From: Felis catus
Taxonomy: Eukaryota
Assembly: GCF_018350175.1 (NCBI RefSeq)
Contig: NC_058373.1
Coordinates: 111,292,001 to 111,356,000 of the forward strand
Direction of reading: 5' to 3'
Length of the DNA stretch: 64,000 bases
Shown: piece by piece, positions 8,507 through 22,049 of the stretch
How positions within the stretch are numbered: position 1 is the first letter of the stretch
Layout: the number at the start of each line of letters is the position of its first letter
Notes under the pieces: model-generated
Databases searched by the model: none
Seen by the model: only the letters and a program-made list of their open reading frames with translations
What the model was told of the DNA's origin: nothing
Position numbers and translations under genes: made by a program

Positions 8507-11489
8507 CTCTCCCTCCTGGGGATTTTAACTGTGTTTTCCAGGTACATGAGTCTTGTACTAAATGGCTATGCCACTGGAGTTAGAAAACATTCTTCTGAAA
8601 AAAAGACTGTATCTCCTTTCCCTGAAACCTGATACCAACTCTGTGAAAAAGAAGAATGTACATAGAAAACCAGGAAATCCCTTCCACCCTCAGCAGCCTG
8701 GGTACCTCTCTCTTCACAGTGGCCTTCTTCATCTCATCAAAGTGAAATACTGGCATCTCCCTTGTGGGTGACCAGAAAGGCCCTCCGTGATCAGCACATG
8801 TGACCAGGTAAGAGAAGAAACAAAACTTTTCCCACCAGATTTTCAGCCTAGTCGTTCAGAACCAACAAGATCAGAAAACTCTCCAATGTTTTAAGAACCA
8901 CAGATCAAAGACTTTGACATTTCCTCCAGGTCGTCCTCAAATTACTTCAAAGTGGTTGTTCACACCTGGCAGGAGGGTAGGAGAGGGAGCTTGAAAGCCA
9001 TGTGTGGAGATTTGCAGCCTTCACTTCCATGACAAAGCTTCCCCCTCTGAAGAGGTGATGAATTCAGCTATTTCAGGAACAGGAACATAGACCTTACCCT
9101 GGCTCAGCTCTGAGTACCTGTCTGCAGTTCCCAACAATAGCAAGAAGAAAGGAAAATAAAAGTTAAAATCTCTCCATAAAGTTCATAAACCTGCCAATGC
9201 TTAATTGGCATTTTCTTCCAGAAAGTGTCCTAGTAAGACAGCAAGGATATAGGATTTGGAGGGACAGAGAATTTGGTTCTGTTCACAGCTCAGCCACCTA
9301 TTAGTTGGATGACCTTGGGCAAGCCATTAATTCAGCAAACATTTATTGAGGACTTTATCCTTGAAAATTACAAAAATGAAAGACACAGCTTCTGCCCTCA
9401 GGGAGCACACAGAACATAGAGTAGAAAATGATATATGAGCAAATAACTGTATCCCGGTATGATAAATGCCAAGATGGAGAGGTCCCGGGAGGGGATCCTG
9501 TTGGAACAGTACCTTGCTGAGCTTGGAGGGGGTGGTCTCCTAACTTCTCTAAGTTTCTGTCCCTCTGCTAAGAAATAGGGAGGTCTATGTGTTTGTGAGG
9601 GGAAGTATTATATTGGAGCACACCTTGCCTTCCAAGTGAAGCCCATTAGGGACTTGCACCTGTCTCAATATGTGAATGGGAAAGAAAGCCCCCCCATGTC
9701 CCACCACCCTCTACTTAAGACATTCATGGAGAAAAGCTCTTGCCTCTACTTGTTCCTGCCTCAGTTCCCCCCCCCCCCCCCACACACACACACTCTGTGT
9801 CCTTTCTTGGCTATTCATATGATCCAGACGTGAGTCTCTCTGCAAATGTGCTAAATGGAGAGAGTGGAGATTTACTGGATTGGCAGAAGCTGGAGCTGCT
9901 GAAGGAAGAGAGTCAAAACTCAGCAGGGGCAAGACAAAGAACAAGGAGGAGAGGACAGAGAGTAGGGAGGGACTAAAAAAGCTGGAGGCAACAAATTAAA
10001 CCAGTTCTCACAGGAATCCCAGGTGCCTGACCGGAGCCCAGGCAAGAACAAAAGAAATGCCTTGATGGCTCTCGATGTTCAGGATTGTTTGACTCATCAT
10101 GAGGAGGGAGAAAAGCCACCAGAACTGACTCTTTTTAGCAGCCAGATTCACTTAGCAAAAGTTCTGTCTTCTCAGAGGGTAAAATCAAGATGATATTAGG
10201 ACGTGAACACAGACTTCTTGCATAATTAGGGAAATTATACCATTGCTTGCAAAGGCACACGTTTTCCTTCAAAGGCAAATCTAAAACTCTGCATTTCTCA
10301 TTGATTAATGCCCCCATCATTCATTCACTTAGAGCTGGGCACTGAGGGGAAGACAAAAAATTGTGTAAGACTCAGCTCCTGCCTTCGATTTTCTTCCAGC
10401 GAACATTTGAGCATATCCACTATATGCCAGGCACTGGACTCCATCTTAGAATTCAAAAATAAACAGAACACAATTTCTTACCTCAAGGAGCTTATGATCT
10501 AGTTAATTCGATAATAAAATGTCTTCCCATATTCTAAACATTGATTTGAACAGATATTATGTATTTTTCTTTCCTGTGATTCTGTCCATTTTCTGGCCCT
10601 TGTTGAGAGAATAAATCCTCTGAATTTATTCTAGAAGCTTGCCAGTTCAGCTCTGAGCTCACAGCATTTAGGACTGAGAGAGGAAAAAAATGGTCTGTTG
10701 CCGTATCTCTCTCCTACAGGTTTAACAATGCACCTGGCTGGATCAGGAGCATCCACTTTGTTCTCCAAATGAGGTGTTACTCACACTGAGTCATTTTTCT
10801 GGCTTTTTCAAAAGCTCAATTCCACCTTCCAATTTCCCACCTTTCTTTTCCACCTGCTTTGTTTAATAATTAGGCTATTTAATAAATGCTTTTCATGAGG
10901 AGGAGGGGGAGAGAGATGGTGATTGTTAGGGTTTACAAGTCCCTGGGGAATACAGCAGCTGCCTCTGCCAGAGTCATCATGTTCTGGGTTGGTCCCTGGA
11001 CCTCTTGTGGAGTGAAAAGGCCAGAGGCCTTTCCTGCTTCAGGGTCCAGGCTTGACTGACCTCAGGTCATTCTGTCTCCAAGGGCTCTGCCAAGGAACCA
11101 GGTTTGGCTCCTGGCTCTTAGCTTCCTTGTTGTTCCTGTTCCTAATTTACCTTTCATTTTACCTGGAGCTTTTACTAACAACTGCTTTTCAAGTACACAT
11201 GGGGTTTGGAAAATAGAGATTAGATTAGACTGGGAGTAGGTAAAGAACTCCAGGCCAGCCTGTGACAATGCAGATGAGTTAGGAGGCCCCACTGGAGAAG
11301 CATATCTCAGTAGGAGGCCAGTAAGGCTTGGACTTCAGGAAAAAGAGGGAGGAGTATCCACCCATAGACAAGAGAAAGAGTTGGAGACAGAGAGACAGGG
11401 ATAGAGACAGAGATAGGGAAGGAGAGTTGGGGGTGGGGTGGGGGGGTTTGGGGTGTTTGTGCTTCATACAGAGAGGCTACACAACCTGG

Positions 11490-11715
11490 GGACAAGAACA
11501 ATGGTTTTGGAATCCTAGAGATATGTGTTCAGATTCCAACTCCACCTTGTAGTACTTGTATGATCTCAGGCACGTCATTTAGCCTTCTTTGGCCTCAATT
11601 TCCCCATCTATAGAATGGAGCTAATAACACCTATCTTGCACAGTCATTGTGAGAACTAGTAATAAAATGTCAAGTTGCTTGCATGCAATAGGCACTCGGT
11701 AAGTGGTAGCTCTAG
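11490..11715 (+). mobile_element. MIR
   Basis: Core ggcctcaatttccccatctatagaatggagctaataacacctatcttgcac. Confidence 0.8.
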
Positions 11716-12158
11716 ATATTTATTGAGTACCTTTTATGTATTGGGTACTTAGCTAGGTTTGGGGGATATGAGTAGGAAGTATGCTATCATAAGCAGGACT
11801 GACCAACGAATGGCTCTAGGGGCTTTCTCTGGGGTTGCCTGACAATGGGCTAGCTCCCTCTTTCTCCAACTGGAGGGGCTGGCTGTACCCAACCTGAATT
11901 TCCTATGAGACTAGGAAACTCAAGGCCTCTGGCTGAACATTTCAAGCACTTCCCTAAGCACTGAGCCCCTAAGCTCATATTGCTTAGTATCTGAACCCCA
12001 AAATATTCCCCTCCATTACCACCATCCAGCAAATCCCCACTCAAGCTTGGGAAGAGCAACTAGGGATTTCTCCTCGGGAGCACTGCCCTAGGGTTTTTAG
12101 CTACACCCCAACCTGGCCCTGCCTCACCAGGACCAGGGAGAACAGAAATCTATCTGCA

Positions 12159-12170
12159 TACCTCCTCCTT

Positions 12171-12207
<37 letters not shown>

Positions 12208-12219
12208 TCCTCCTTTCTT
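12159..12219 (-). mobile_element. Solo poly(A) retro-insertion with 16-bp TSD
   Basis: tacctcctcctttctt (12159-12174), then 29 T, then tacctcctcctttctt (12204-12219). Confidence 0.8.
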
Positions 12220-12289
12220 GAGTTTCACCTGTACTGGTGATGTTTTGAGTACTGAATCCTTTGCCAGAGTAGAAAGGCAGCCTTTTTTT

Positions 12290-12830
12290 AAGAAAACAAC
12301 AATTCTAATGCTGTGTGATGAGTACCATGACAGAGTTATTTCCCTGTGGTCTGACTGGGGCTCAGAGGAGAGGTGTCTAAATGCCTCTTGGAGAAGGTGC
12401 TACTTGAGTTAACCTTGAAGGAAAGATTGGCTTGGCAGATGTAGGGTGTTCATGGGGATGGACATTCCATTCAAGGAGATCGTATGTGCCAAGCATAGAG
12501 GCAAGAAAGAAACTCTAAGGAGTTCTGTTCGCCCAGAGTTGCATGAGAAGTGACATGACAGGAGATGCTGCTGGGCAGGTAGATAAGTCGTTGAGGGTTG
12601 TGCAGAGAATTTGGAATTTATTTTGGAGGTAATGGAGAGCCACCAAAACACTTCAGGTGGATGTACATTTTGGAAAGATCATTTTGCAAGCTATGTGTAG
12701 CATGGTTATGGAGGAGCATGACTGGAGGCAGTTGCACCAACCCAGAGAAGAGGTGTTGGTTGCATAAATGTACACGGAGCAAGGGGAATACAGGAGCGAA
12801 GACTTGAGCGAGAGGATTCTAGATGTAACA
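12290..12830 (-). mobile_element. L2 fragment
   Basis: Antisense L2 motifs such as gagaatttggaatttattttggaggtaatggagagccac and cattttggaaagatcattttg. Confidence 0.75.
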
Positions 12831-13449
12831 CGCCAAAACTGGAACAGAATTTGGTAATCCTTAATTCTTTCTTTTACAGCTGAGGAAATGGAGGACTGAA
12901 GAGACTATGCAGCTTTTGCAAATTGAATCTTCTTGCAACAAAAGCCTCCTGTTTCTAAGGAATCTCCCAGATTGTTAGGAAGACCCGTCGTGTGTTTCAG
13001 GGTCTACTTCTCCAGGTATGTTACTCCTGGTCTTTGGAAGTTGATGGGTTAGGGGTGGGCGGAGGACTTCTAATGAAGATTACGTTAGAAAAGGAAAGGG
13101 AGCCAACCGTGGGAGTCTTTTTCCCTAGTCTAGTGGTGTCTCAAAGCATCCTTCATTTTACAGGCATGTGGGGTTTATTTGCAGAACCTCAGCCTCTAGT
13201 GTGTTCATTTGTTTGTGGAAGTATTGACAAACAGTGCCATTTCCTAGCTGTAAGAAAACACACCCAATTTATTCATATTTGCAAATGCCACGGGAGTGAC
13301 CCCACGATGTACACAAAGAGGTGGAAATTCAATCTGATGCAGTGAATGTGGGATACCGGCAAAGTCTGATTGGTCACCGGGTGTGTGCTTCCTAGCTCTG
13401 ACAACCAGCAATTCAGCATCATATCTAGAGAGCGAAACTTGAGATGTGT

Positions 13450-13610
13450 TTGTGAAACAATCCTGTGATATAGGTATTATTGGTCACATTTAACAGAGAG
13501 GGAAACTGAAGCCCCGAGGGCTTAAGACCATGCCCATGGACATACGTAAGTAAGTAACGATGCTGATGTTCAATCGCAAAAGTGCCTGATTCGAATGCCC
13601 TGTTCTTCCC
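13450..13610 (-). mobile_element. MIR
   Basis: cacattttaacagagagggaaactgaagccccgaggg. Confidence 0.75.
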
Positions 13611-14084
13611 ACGACATCACATTACTTCCCTGGAAATTGGCACAGGACTTGCCATCATTTTCAATTGCAGCTCTAACATATGCAAGCCCCATGATTGTCT
13701 GCTAAGCTGGCCATAGAAAACATACGTAACATCTGATACTTTTGATGCTCTGATTCAGATGTGCACTGGACCACATGTAGATGTGTTTGAGTTGTTCTCA
13801 GGAACAGAAGATGTCTTTCTTCAACAACACAGCTCTCATGCTAGCACTCGGCAAGCACAGGGTTTGTATCAGGCGGGGGGGACAAAACTGCTGGGGTGGG
13901 GTCCTCATCTTCCTATTAGACTCCATCCCCCTTCTCAGGCAGCTCTTCTGAGTATGACCTCGACCTTTAACGACACAACAACCACCTTACTTCCCTTAAT
14001 TGAGGGTGAGAAAAAGAAATGCTAACACCAATTTGCTATTTTCTTTCTTTCTTTTTTTTTTGCCCCAGATTATTTATCTATTAT

Positions 14085-14520
14085 TCTATTTACCTTTTAT
14101 GGAGGTACAATTGACATATAACATTATATTAGTTTCAGATCTATAACATGATGAGTCAATATTTGTATGCACTGTGAGCTGATCACCACAATAAACTTTC
14201 TCCTTAAATGTACCTTATTATGTTTAATTATAAACTATTATGAATATGTAACAAATAACATAAAAACATAACATAACACAACATAACAAATATAATATAA
14301 ATATTATAAATATGTAACAAATAACATAAAAATAATGCCCATTATAAAATTGTACATAAACATTTGAATGTACACACATACACCTATATCTGTATGCTTG
14401 TGTATGTGAATGTACACAATTGAACTATCTCTATACATATATAGATATACCCATATATTTTTTTTGCATAAATGGGTTCACACTGTGCAAACTATCTTGT
14501 AGTTTTTTTCAGTTATCAAA
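14085..14520 (-). mobile_element. L1 3'-end fragments with (ACATA)n low-complexity tract
   Basis: ggaggtacaattgacatataacattatattagtttcag..gatcaccacaataa is an antisense L1 3' terminus; AT-rich repeat at about 14230-14330. Confidence 0.7.
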
Positions 14521-15884
14521 TAAACTGATATTCTGCCTAAGGTAATACCGATGGCTTTTCCTGACTGCAAGTTCTGGAGAACTTCCACACTTCCCCTATT
14601 TGTGATGGCTCATGATAGTCGCTCACCTTGATAAAGCTTGTGGGCAACTGGATCAAATAAGATCATATGTATGAGAGTGTCTTACAAACTGTAGGGTGCT
14701 GACCTAAGGTTAGTTATCAAAATATCAGATGTGGTGTGAGGGCTACATTGAAACAGAAGGGGGCTGGACACTTCTCATAATGTTCATGTGCAGTAGCTAA
14801 GGAGAAATGTTTGCACTTTGGACGGCGGGAGAACAAACGCTGGTTGATAACGAAGTTGGTCTCGCCTGCTGTCAAGTGCCCACCGAGGAAGGAAGGAGCC
14901 TGCAAAGCCTCTGGCTGCCTCTAGCTGTCTCTGTCCCCCAAACCATCCAAGTGACTAATCCGAGGAAATTTTCTAAACATACCTGTAAAAGCAAACCATA
15001 AGACCATGGTCGCAGTGGGGGCAGAGAACCTTCCCAACTTCCCCTGGGAGCCCAGAATCTGAGAGCAGACTTCACTTCCACGCAAAGAAAGTTGACTTGG
15101 TGGGGAACGTGGGAGCAAACATAGCATTCTCTCATCTTCTTAAAACCCCCACCTCGAAAAAACTCCACATCTCCTTTAGGTTCAATTTAACATTTTACTT
15201 CTCTTGGCTTTCAGCTGACAGCTTGAAAAAAAAAAACCAAATTGGTGGTTGGCTGGTTGGTTTTTTTTTTTTTTTCTTTTTAACCTGATGACAAGCCTGG
15301 CTTAGAACTATGCCACCATTCTTTAGCTCTCAATACTGTGTGTCTATAGATAAACAGACATATATATTATCTACTTTTGTTTACTTCTTCCCAAATGGAA
15401 GTCCATTAATTTCCCAATATAGTTTACAGAATGACTTGCCTGTTGCCAGCGCTGAGAGGATATATTAATCCTTAGTCCTGATATGTTTAAGTTAGAAAAT
15501 AATGGGAAACAGAAGAAATAGAAGGACCTAGATGACTCATTTATCTCAGAGGTTCACCCTAAACTACTTCAGAAATGCCGGCAATGAATTAAAACCAGAA
15601 TTCTAGAGGAATGGCCTAAATCACACTTCACCAGAAAGTCTAGTTCCATAGCAAAAATTGCACTTTATGTCTAGAATAGAGGAGCTTGACGGTGTCTTGA
15701 GTCAAGTAGCATGAACTTAGCTCCAACTGGTCTGAGGATACAGAATCTATATGGTCTCTCAATGGGCAAAAACCTCTTTAGTAGACGGCAAAAGGAAACC
15801 ATAGTCAAGTATAAGATACTGGCACCTTATGATATGTTAGTGTGGAGAAGGAGAGCTGGCTCAAAAAAAAAAAAGCAAGATGTT

Positions 15885-16137
15885 TTTCTTTCTTTCTTTC
15901 CTTCTCTCTCTCGCTCTCTTTCTCTCTCTCTTTCTTTCCTTCCAAAGATCTTACTTTTAAGTAATCTCCATACCCATTGTGGGGTTTGAACTCCCAACCC
16001 TGAGATCAAGAATTACTCTATCTACTGACTGAGCCAGCCAGGCACCCCTCTTTTCTTTATTTAAATAAGCTCTGTGCCCAATGCAGGGCTTGAACTTGAG
16101 AGTTGCATGCTCTACTGACTGAGCCAGGCAGGTGCCC
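15885..16137 (-). mobile_element. Two short Can-SINEs in tandem
   Basis: ctactgactgagccagccaggcacccc (ends about 16048) and ctactgactgagccaggcaggtgccc (ends about 16137). Confidence 0.85.
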
Positions 16138-16810
16138 AAGATCTTTCCTTGCTCATTGAATCATAAACCAAATCTGCTCCTCGGCTTCTTCTGCGATCTC
16201 TTCCTGCTTCAGTTTTCCCTAGGCACAAATGAAGTGGCCCTACAGGGAATAGTCAATTCCCTTTTCTTTAAGGTAACCTGAAGGCTGGGGATCCCAGTGT
16301 GCAACGGATTTGGTAAAGGCTAGGGTTGTGATTGAGGCAAAAATAAGGGAAAAAGTAAGACTCAGGTCAAGAACTAGAAAATGTCTTTGTTGAAAGTTAA
16401 TAAAACATCATATGTAACTAGTTACTGTGAGGAAGCAAATAATCTTGTAACATAATAGATGTTGTTGGTAATGTTAATTACCTCCTTAGATGCCACCGAG
16501 AAGTGGCTTTCAATTTTATGCATTTATTGTCCACGTTGTAAATTTGGTCTTAGAATGAACGGGTGATAAGAGACCCGAGAAGCTTAAGGAGGTTAGTTAC
16601 TTTGTGTATAAATGAAGAGAAGGATTTGAGGGAATAAAGATTATGTGGTGAGAGGGAGACTAAGCCTAACCTTGGACTGGTTACTTAGGTAGGTGCTCTG
16701 TTGGGTAGCATTATGTTGGCGGTGGTGGTTTTGGAAACAGCATTGGTCCTCAGCTTTGCACATGGAGGACGTCCATTTTATCCATCCACCTGGCAGGGGG
16801 CTGACTGTAG

Positions 16811-16937
16811 TAGGGTTGACAGAAAAACTACAGGGAACCCAGTTAAATTTGAATTTTAGATAAGCCATGAACAAATTTTTTAGTATAAATAGTCCCATAC
16901 AATACTTGTCTTTTTATTTGCAGCGTCTGGCAACCTT
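16811..16937 (-). mobile_element. MER53 (hAT MITE), internally deleted
   Basis: Termini tagggttgacaga...tctggcaacct; cccagttaaatttgaattttagataa core. Confidence 0.85.
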
Positions 16938-18539
16938 CTCCAGGACACTTCCATTAATCAACTCCCCAGAGACTTATTTCTAAATCAGAACACCGATGTG
17001 TGAATTACGGAGCAGGCCACATCTTTCCACGTATCCGAGTCCTGTGCCTACTCTCTTTTGGTGTTTGGAAAACCAAGTTTGTCATTGTTTGGTGAATACC
17101 AAATTGTAGCAAAGCAAGTTAAGTAGGCTCTTGGGCTATGCATCCAGGCTGCAGTAGAACATAGAAAACGCTGGGTTTTTGACTGCAGGAACACCACCCA
17201 GAACCTAGAATAACAAGCCAGTCAAACACAGTGTCTCTCCCCACAGACAGTGCTGCAATAATGCTGGGCTTCAACTCTCCTTTTCCAAAGTTTAGTTTAA
17301 AAAAATGTTTAAAGTTACCAAAAACTTATTCCTTATCATTGACATACTGCCATCCCCAAGATATCTGCTGATTAAATCCATTTCATATTGTTGTGCTCCT
17401 TTGTAGGGAGTCAGAGTAGATGTCTTTCTGAGTTCTAGGAAACTCGATGGTCTTAATTAGTATATGTTAATTTTCCAAGCTAGTTTCAGGTGGGTACATT
17501 TGTATCTTTGATTTTCTAAAACAGAACATAATTTTTATCTTACACTCCCATTCTGTTTGATGCAGAAAAATTAATCCAGTAACTACCAAGGAGATTAATC
17601 CCCACTCACACTTTCTCTCTTGCTCACCTTTAGATGAAATCCCAGTGGTGGGGACTGAGAGACAGAACCATATAACACCATGTGCTCTGAGCTGGTAGCT
17701 CCTGAGATGAATAACTGCCCCATTTTGTCTTTGACCATAGGATCCCTCCCCACTGGCATCCAGAGTTATCCTTTAAGGTGGCTGCAGGCCCATCTGGTTG
17801 GCTCAGCTTATCCATGGCTGTTCCTCTACAACAGGACTCCTTTGGGCTGTTGGCTGTCACTCTTGGCTAACTAACTTCTGAGCCCTTTTCAGGGTTTGAG
17901 AGGGTCCATTTATTCTCCCATACCTCTTGGGGGCCACAGGAAACAAGGCCGTCATTGAGTTCATCTCTCCCATCACCCGTACAACCACCTCTTCTCTGTT
18001 GGCTCCATCTCACTGTGGCATAAGCACATCTGTGGGGTTAGCTACCCTCCCTAGATAGGAAGTAGACAAAAACCTCCACCATTCTCAGTTTCCCCAAAGC
18101 TTATCTGGTGTTCTATCCCTCACTACAGTCCTCTCTCTTCTGAGGCGGTCTGCCCTGGGAAGATGATGGGGGTAATCTTTGGGAAACCGCACATCCCTAC
18201 AGTGCAGGTAACACTGCTATGGTGCCTGAGGTATGGTTACCTTGGATGGAGAAGGGAAAGCGTTCTTTTACACTAGTCTTATTTGTCTACTGGTTAGAGC
18301 CAAATAGTTACTGGATGCTCAGAAATAGTTTTCTCCCAAGTCTAGGTCTTGTGTTCAGCAATCTCATTTGAATCTCAAAATCTAAGCAACTGACTTTATT
18401 ATGCTTGGCATTCCAGCTGTATCAACCCCACTTTTCCCTGGGACAGGGCATGTCTTGGACTGCAGGGGGAGGGCATTGAAGTGTGTGGTGTTGATGGTAG
18501 CAGGGAAGACTCGGTTAATGCCTCAAAGTGTTCTTCTGG

Positions 18540-19125
18540 TGTACTGGCAATGGGCCCGTCACTGTGCTAAGTGCCTTAGACCCATGTCATCCTCAGAACA
18601 ATTCCCCAAACTACTACCATTCTCGTTTCCAGGTGAGAAATGGAAGCTCAGAAAGAAGATAGGTAACTTGCTCAAAGATTCCAGTTATAAGTGGTGGAGA
18701 AAGAACTAAACCTAGGATAATCTAATTCCAAACCCTTCGTTTGAAATCCCAACAGTGGTTTCATTACCTTGGTGAACAGCTGGCTCCCCAGCGAGTTTGT
18801 TAAAAATAATCTTGGTAAAGACTCACCTCAAGGGATCCTGATCCAGTTGGCCAGTGATGGGGCCCAGTCATCTGTATTTTGAATAGTCTCTGTAGGTAAT
18901 TCAGATGTACCCCGAAGTTTGAGAGCCAGCTCTGCCACTTGTTAATTGTGTGATCTGGGACAAATGACCTCACCTTTCAGTACCTTGGTTTCCTCATTTA
19001 TTAAATGGGGGGATGATGACAGTACCTATGGCATTGAGTTATTGTGGGAATTAAGTAGGTTAAAACGAAAGCACTAGGAAAAGTACATGGCACATAATAA
19101 GTGCTCGATAAGCATTAAAGATGAT
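18540..19125. mobile_element. MIR (-), MER5-like element and MIR (+) cluster
   Basis: MIR cores at about 18620-18680 (-) and 18930-19100 (+); MER5-like ggggcccagtcatctgtattttgaatag..aagtttgagagcc at about 18753-18930. Confidence 0.75.
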
Positions 19126-19409
19126 TACTTTTGCCGCCTCTTAGCAGCAACTTACTTACGCAACATTTTTTAGGAGTGCTATTTCCTGGACAGATTACAT
19201 AAAAGGGTAACTGCCTGCATTTACATAAATTTTTGATAGTCTGTGTCTCAGAGAGCAATATTTTTTTAGCCCTTTTCCCCAAATCTAGGTTTAAGCCTAA
19301 TTTGGATCCTGTGGTCTCCTGTGGTCCTACCTGCCAGAGGCTATGTTATGAAGGTAAATTGAAATTAAGCTGAGGATATAATAACAATGGCAGGCAAAAG
19401 ACAAAAAGA

Positions 19410-19665
19410 TCAATGATTCTCAACTTTGTGCCTTAGAAATATTGGGAGAGCTTTAAACAATGCCCAAGTCACACCCCATACTGTTAATGTCAGAATCTTG
19501 GAGAATAGGGCCCAGCTTTCAGTATATTTTAATTGCCAGGTGATTCCAATGTGTGACCATTGGGCCCCTTCCAGCTCTACTGAATAGAAACTCTGGGGGT
19601 AGGACCCAGTAGTCTGTGTCCTAATGAGCCTTCTACAAACCTCAGGACCTTTGGTGTGAACCATT
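19410..19665 (+). mobile_element. MER5A/MER5B-like hAT-Charlie fragments
   Basis: ttctcaactttg..tcagaatcttggagaatagggcccag..caggtgattccaatgtg and actgaatagaaactctgggggtaggacccag. Confidence 0.75.
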
Positions 19666-21129
19666 CTGTATCCTCCCCATGTCCAGGCCTCTGTTTCTGC
19701 TGCTCTGCTCAGTAGGGTGTTATGTGACAGCGAGAGAGAAGGTGTGTTAACCCTTGGTTAAGGGTTAAGAAGGTGCAAGCAGATCCCGTAGTTAAATCAA
19801 ATTGGTATCTATCCCAGCCAGACCTGCTCTAGACTGGAGGAATGAGAATCCTTCCGCCTCAATGTCTGTTTCTCAGGGGGCAGATAATCAGTGAAGAGAG
19901 GCCCCACTCTCTCAGAATGGACACCCTGTCAATATTTGCCTAAAACACCCCTTCTCTCCAGTCCTAACTGCCGGGGAAGCCTCAGGAGGCCAGCAAAACG
20001 TAAACAAGTTCCAAACCAACCCATCTGCTTTTCATTTCCTGCAGGATGCTAAATTGAGTCTTTTAAGGTTGCTTAAAATATGTCCCTCTCCTCCTGCCCC
20101 GCCCGATGGGGCATTTGCTCCGCGTCCTCAGACCACCTTAGCGCCTGCCTCCTCCACCTGGGTCCCTTCTGCACAGACTTGGCTTCAGACAATGCTCACA
20201 GTTATTCCTGGCACTTGCTTTTTTGGCTTCGTGTACTTCCAATGATATCTTTTTCTTCTTCTGTTTAAAGCGCTGTCTTCTGTCTCCTCATTTGTCCCTT
20301 TCTCCTCTGGCAAATGTAATGCTACCGACATTTGAAAGTGGTCTGGTTCCCTTGAGTCTGGTAATTGACCTTGCTGCTAGAATTAGCGTGGGAGTGCTGT
20401 GTGCAGACGTGAGGGCATGGGCTAACAGGATCTCCTCTCCTGGGGCTCAGACACCCCTCTTGGGACCTCCAAAGCGAACTTGGGAGGTTGGAGTATGCTG
20501 CAGCTGGGGGGTGGGACCTGGAGTAGGCCAGAGTTTCCTCCCTTAAATTTGAGCAGTGACTCTAGGTGACTTTAAACCACTCTTAGTTTTGCACGGCTTC
20601 TGTTTAGCATCTGTTAAGTAGAGACCTTTGCCACCAATTAACAGGAGTGAGTTTCTAGTCAGTTGCAAGTACTGCTAGATCCTAAACAAACTTGCAAAGA
20701 CCAGTTCTAGAGGAAATGGTGGGGGTAGGAAAGGCACCCTTGTATTCTTTCAATATCAGAGAGATGCCGCCCTCCTCTTCCTCAAGGAGTTAATTTGGAC
20801 CATCTTCTCGGGCAGATCCCAAACTCCACACCCTGTTCTAAATGTCCTGTCCTGTCCCATATTTCATCTTTTCAGAGTCCTGCCAAGTACAGGGCAGGTA
20901 AAAATGATAACAGCTGTTATTGCTCTAATGTGTTTTCTCTCTAAATCTGTCAACAACATAAACTTCTGAGTGCCCTCTTTATGCCCGGAATTGTGCTTTC
21001 AGACTCAGCTCTGACCCTTAAGAAGCTTCTGTTCCTGTTGAAGAGACAGGATGTGTGCACACACAAAGGTAACAGCTTGAGGCCATGTCAAATGAACCAA
21101 ACAGATAAAGGTTAAAGGAGTATGCAACT

Positions 21130-21905
21130 ATTCACTACATATGTGTTGAGCACCTATTACAGGCTGTGTTTTGTTTTAAGCACTGAGACTAAACCGGTTA
21201 GCAAAATAGATAAAACCCTTGGCTTCATGGATCTTAGGTTCTAAGGAGACCAGACAGTGTAATTGAGTAAACACATAATTCATCAACTTGTGACAAGTGC
21301 TTTGAAGGAAAATGAAACAGAGTGAGGTGATTTTTTTTTTTTTTTTTATATAGGAGGTCAGGGAAGACCTCTCTGATAAGGTGGCATTTGAGTCAAAATC
21401 TGTAGAAAAAGAAAGAGCAAGCCATCAGCATATCGGGAGGAATTTTCCAAGCAAGCTGAATAGTGCAAAGGCCATGTGTGCTTGTTCTAAGAAGGACAGG
21501 TAGGCCAGTGTGGCTGGAAGGCAGTGAGAAAGAGGGCGTGGATAGGCTATAAGGTTACAGAAGTGGCAGTTATGTCACCCAGTGCCCTGCAGGCCACAGT
21601 GAGAACTTTGGATTTTATTCTGAAGCCCTTGGAGGGTTTTGAGCAGAGTAGTAACAGGATCTGACTTACATATTGGAAGGATCTCTTTGTGTGAGGACAG
21701 ACTCTAGGAGTGCAAGAAGAGAGGCTTGAGGCTTGTGAGCAGGCACTAATCCGGGGGTGAAATGATGGTAGTTTAGACCAGGGTAATAGGATCCGAGGGG
21801 GGTGAGATAAGATTGGATTCTGAATGTATTTTGTAGACAAGATAGCTAAAGTATGGGGTTAGGAACAAAGAGAGAAATTAGGAATGACTCTGAAGTTTTT
21901 GGCCC
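21130..21905 (-). mobile_element. L2 fragment
   Basis: gttgagcacctattac.., gggaagacctctctgataaggtggcatttgag, ttggagggttttgagcagag, ggaatgactctgaagtttttggcc. Confidence 0.85.
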
Positions 21906-22049
21906 AAACTCAAGGTTTTACATTCATAGGAGGGAGTGGCTACTTCTGTTTAAGATAATCAGAGGATTAATGAAAGACCCAAGATTTGAGCTGTACTTTG
22001 AAAACCTAGTAGGGTTTTGTGGCTTGTAAAGACTCTCAGTGGTTTTCTG

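Noticed and set aside
9829..10193. Open frames DVSLSANVLNGESGDLLDWQKLELLKEE.. and ESQVPDRSPGKNKRNALMALDVQD.. (possible 165-nt exon at 10014-10178)
   Set aside because: No recognisable homolog, weak pyrimidine tract and donor, and lengths expected by chance in 64 kb.
17929..17945. GGGGGCCACAG matching the start of the CPEB3 HDV-like ribozyme
   Set aside because: The match ends after 11 nt and the downstream sequence is unrelated.
19747..19768. Short hairpin ttaaccctt-ggtt-aagggttaa with telomere-like words
   Set aside because: Nine-bp arms are plausible by chance and there is no TTAGGG array.
20045..20245. Good acceptor (ttttcatttcctgcag) followed by an open frame of about 66 codons
   Set aside because: No donor or recognisable protein; Pro/Ser-rich composition is typical of chance ORFs.
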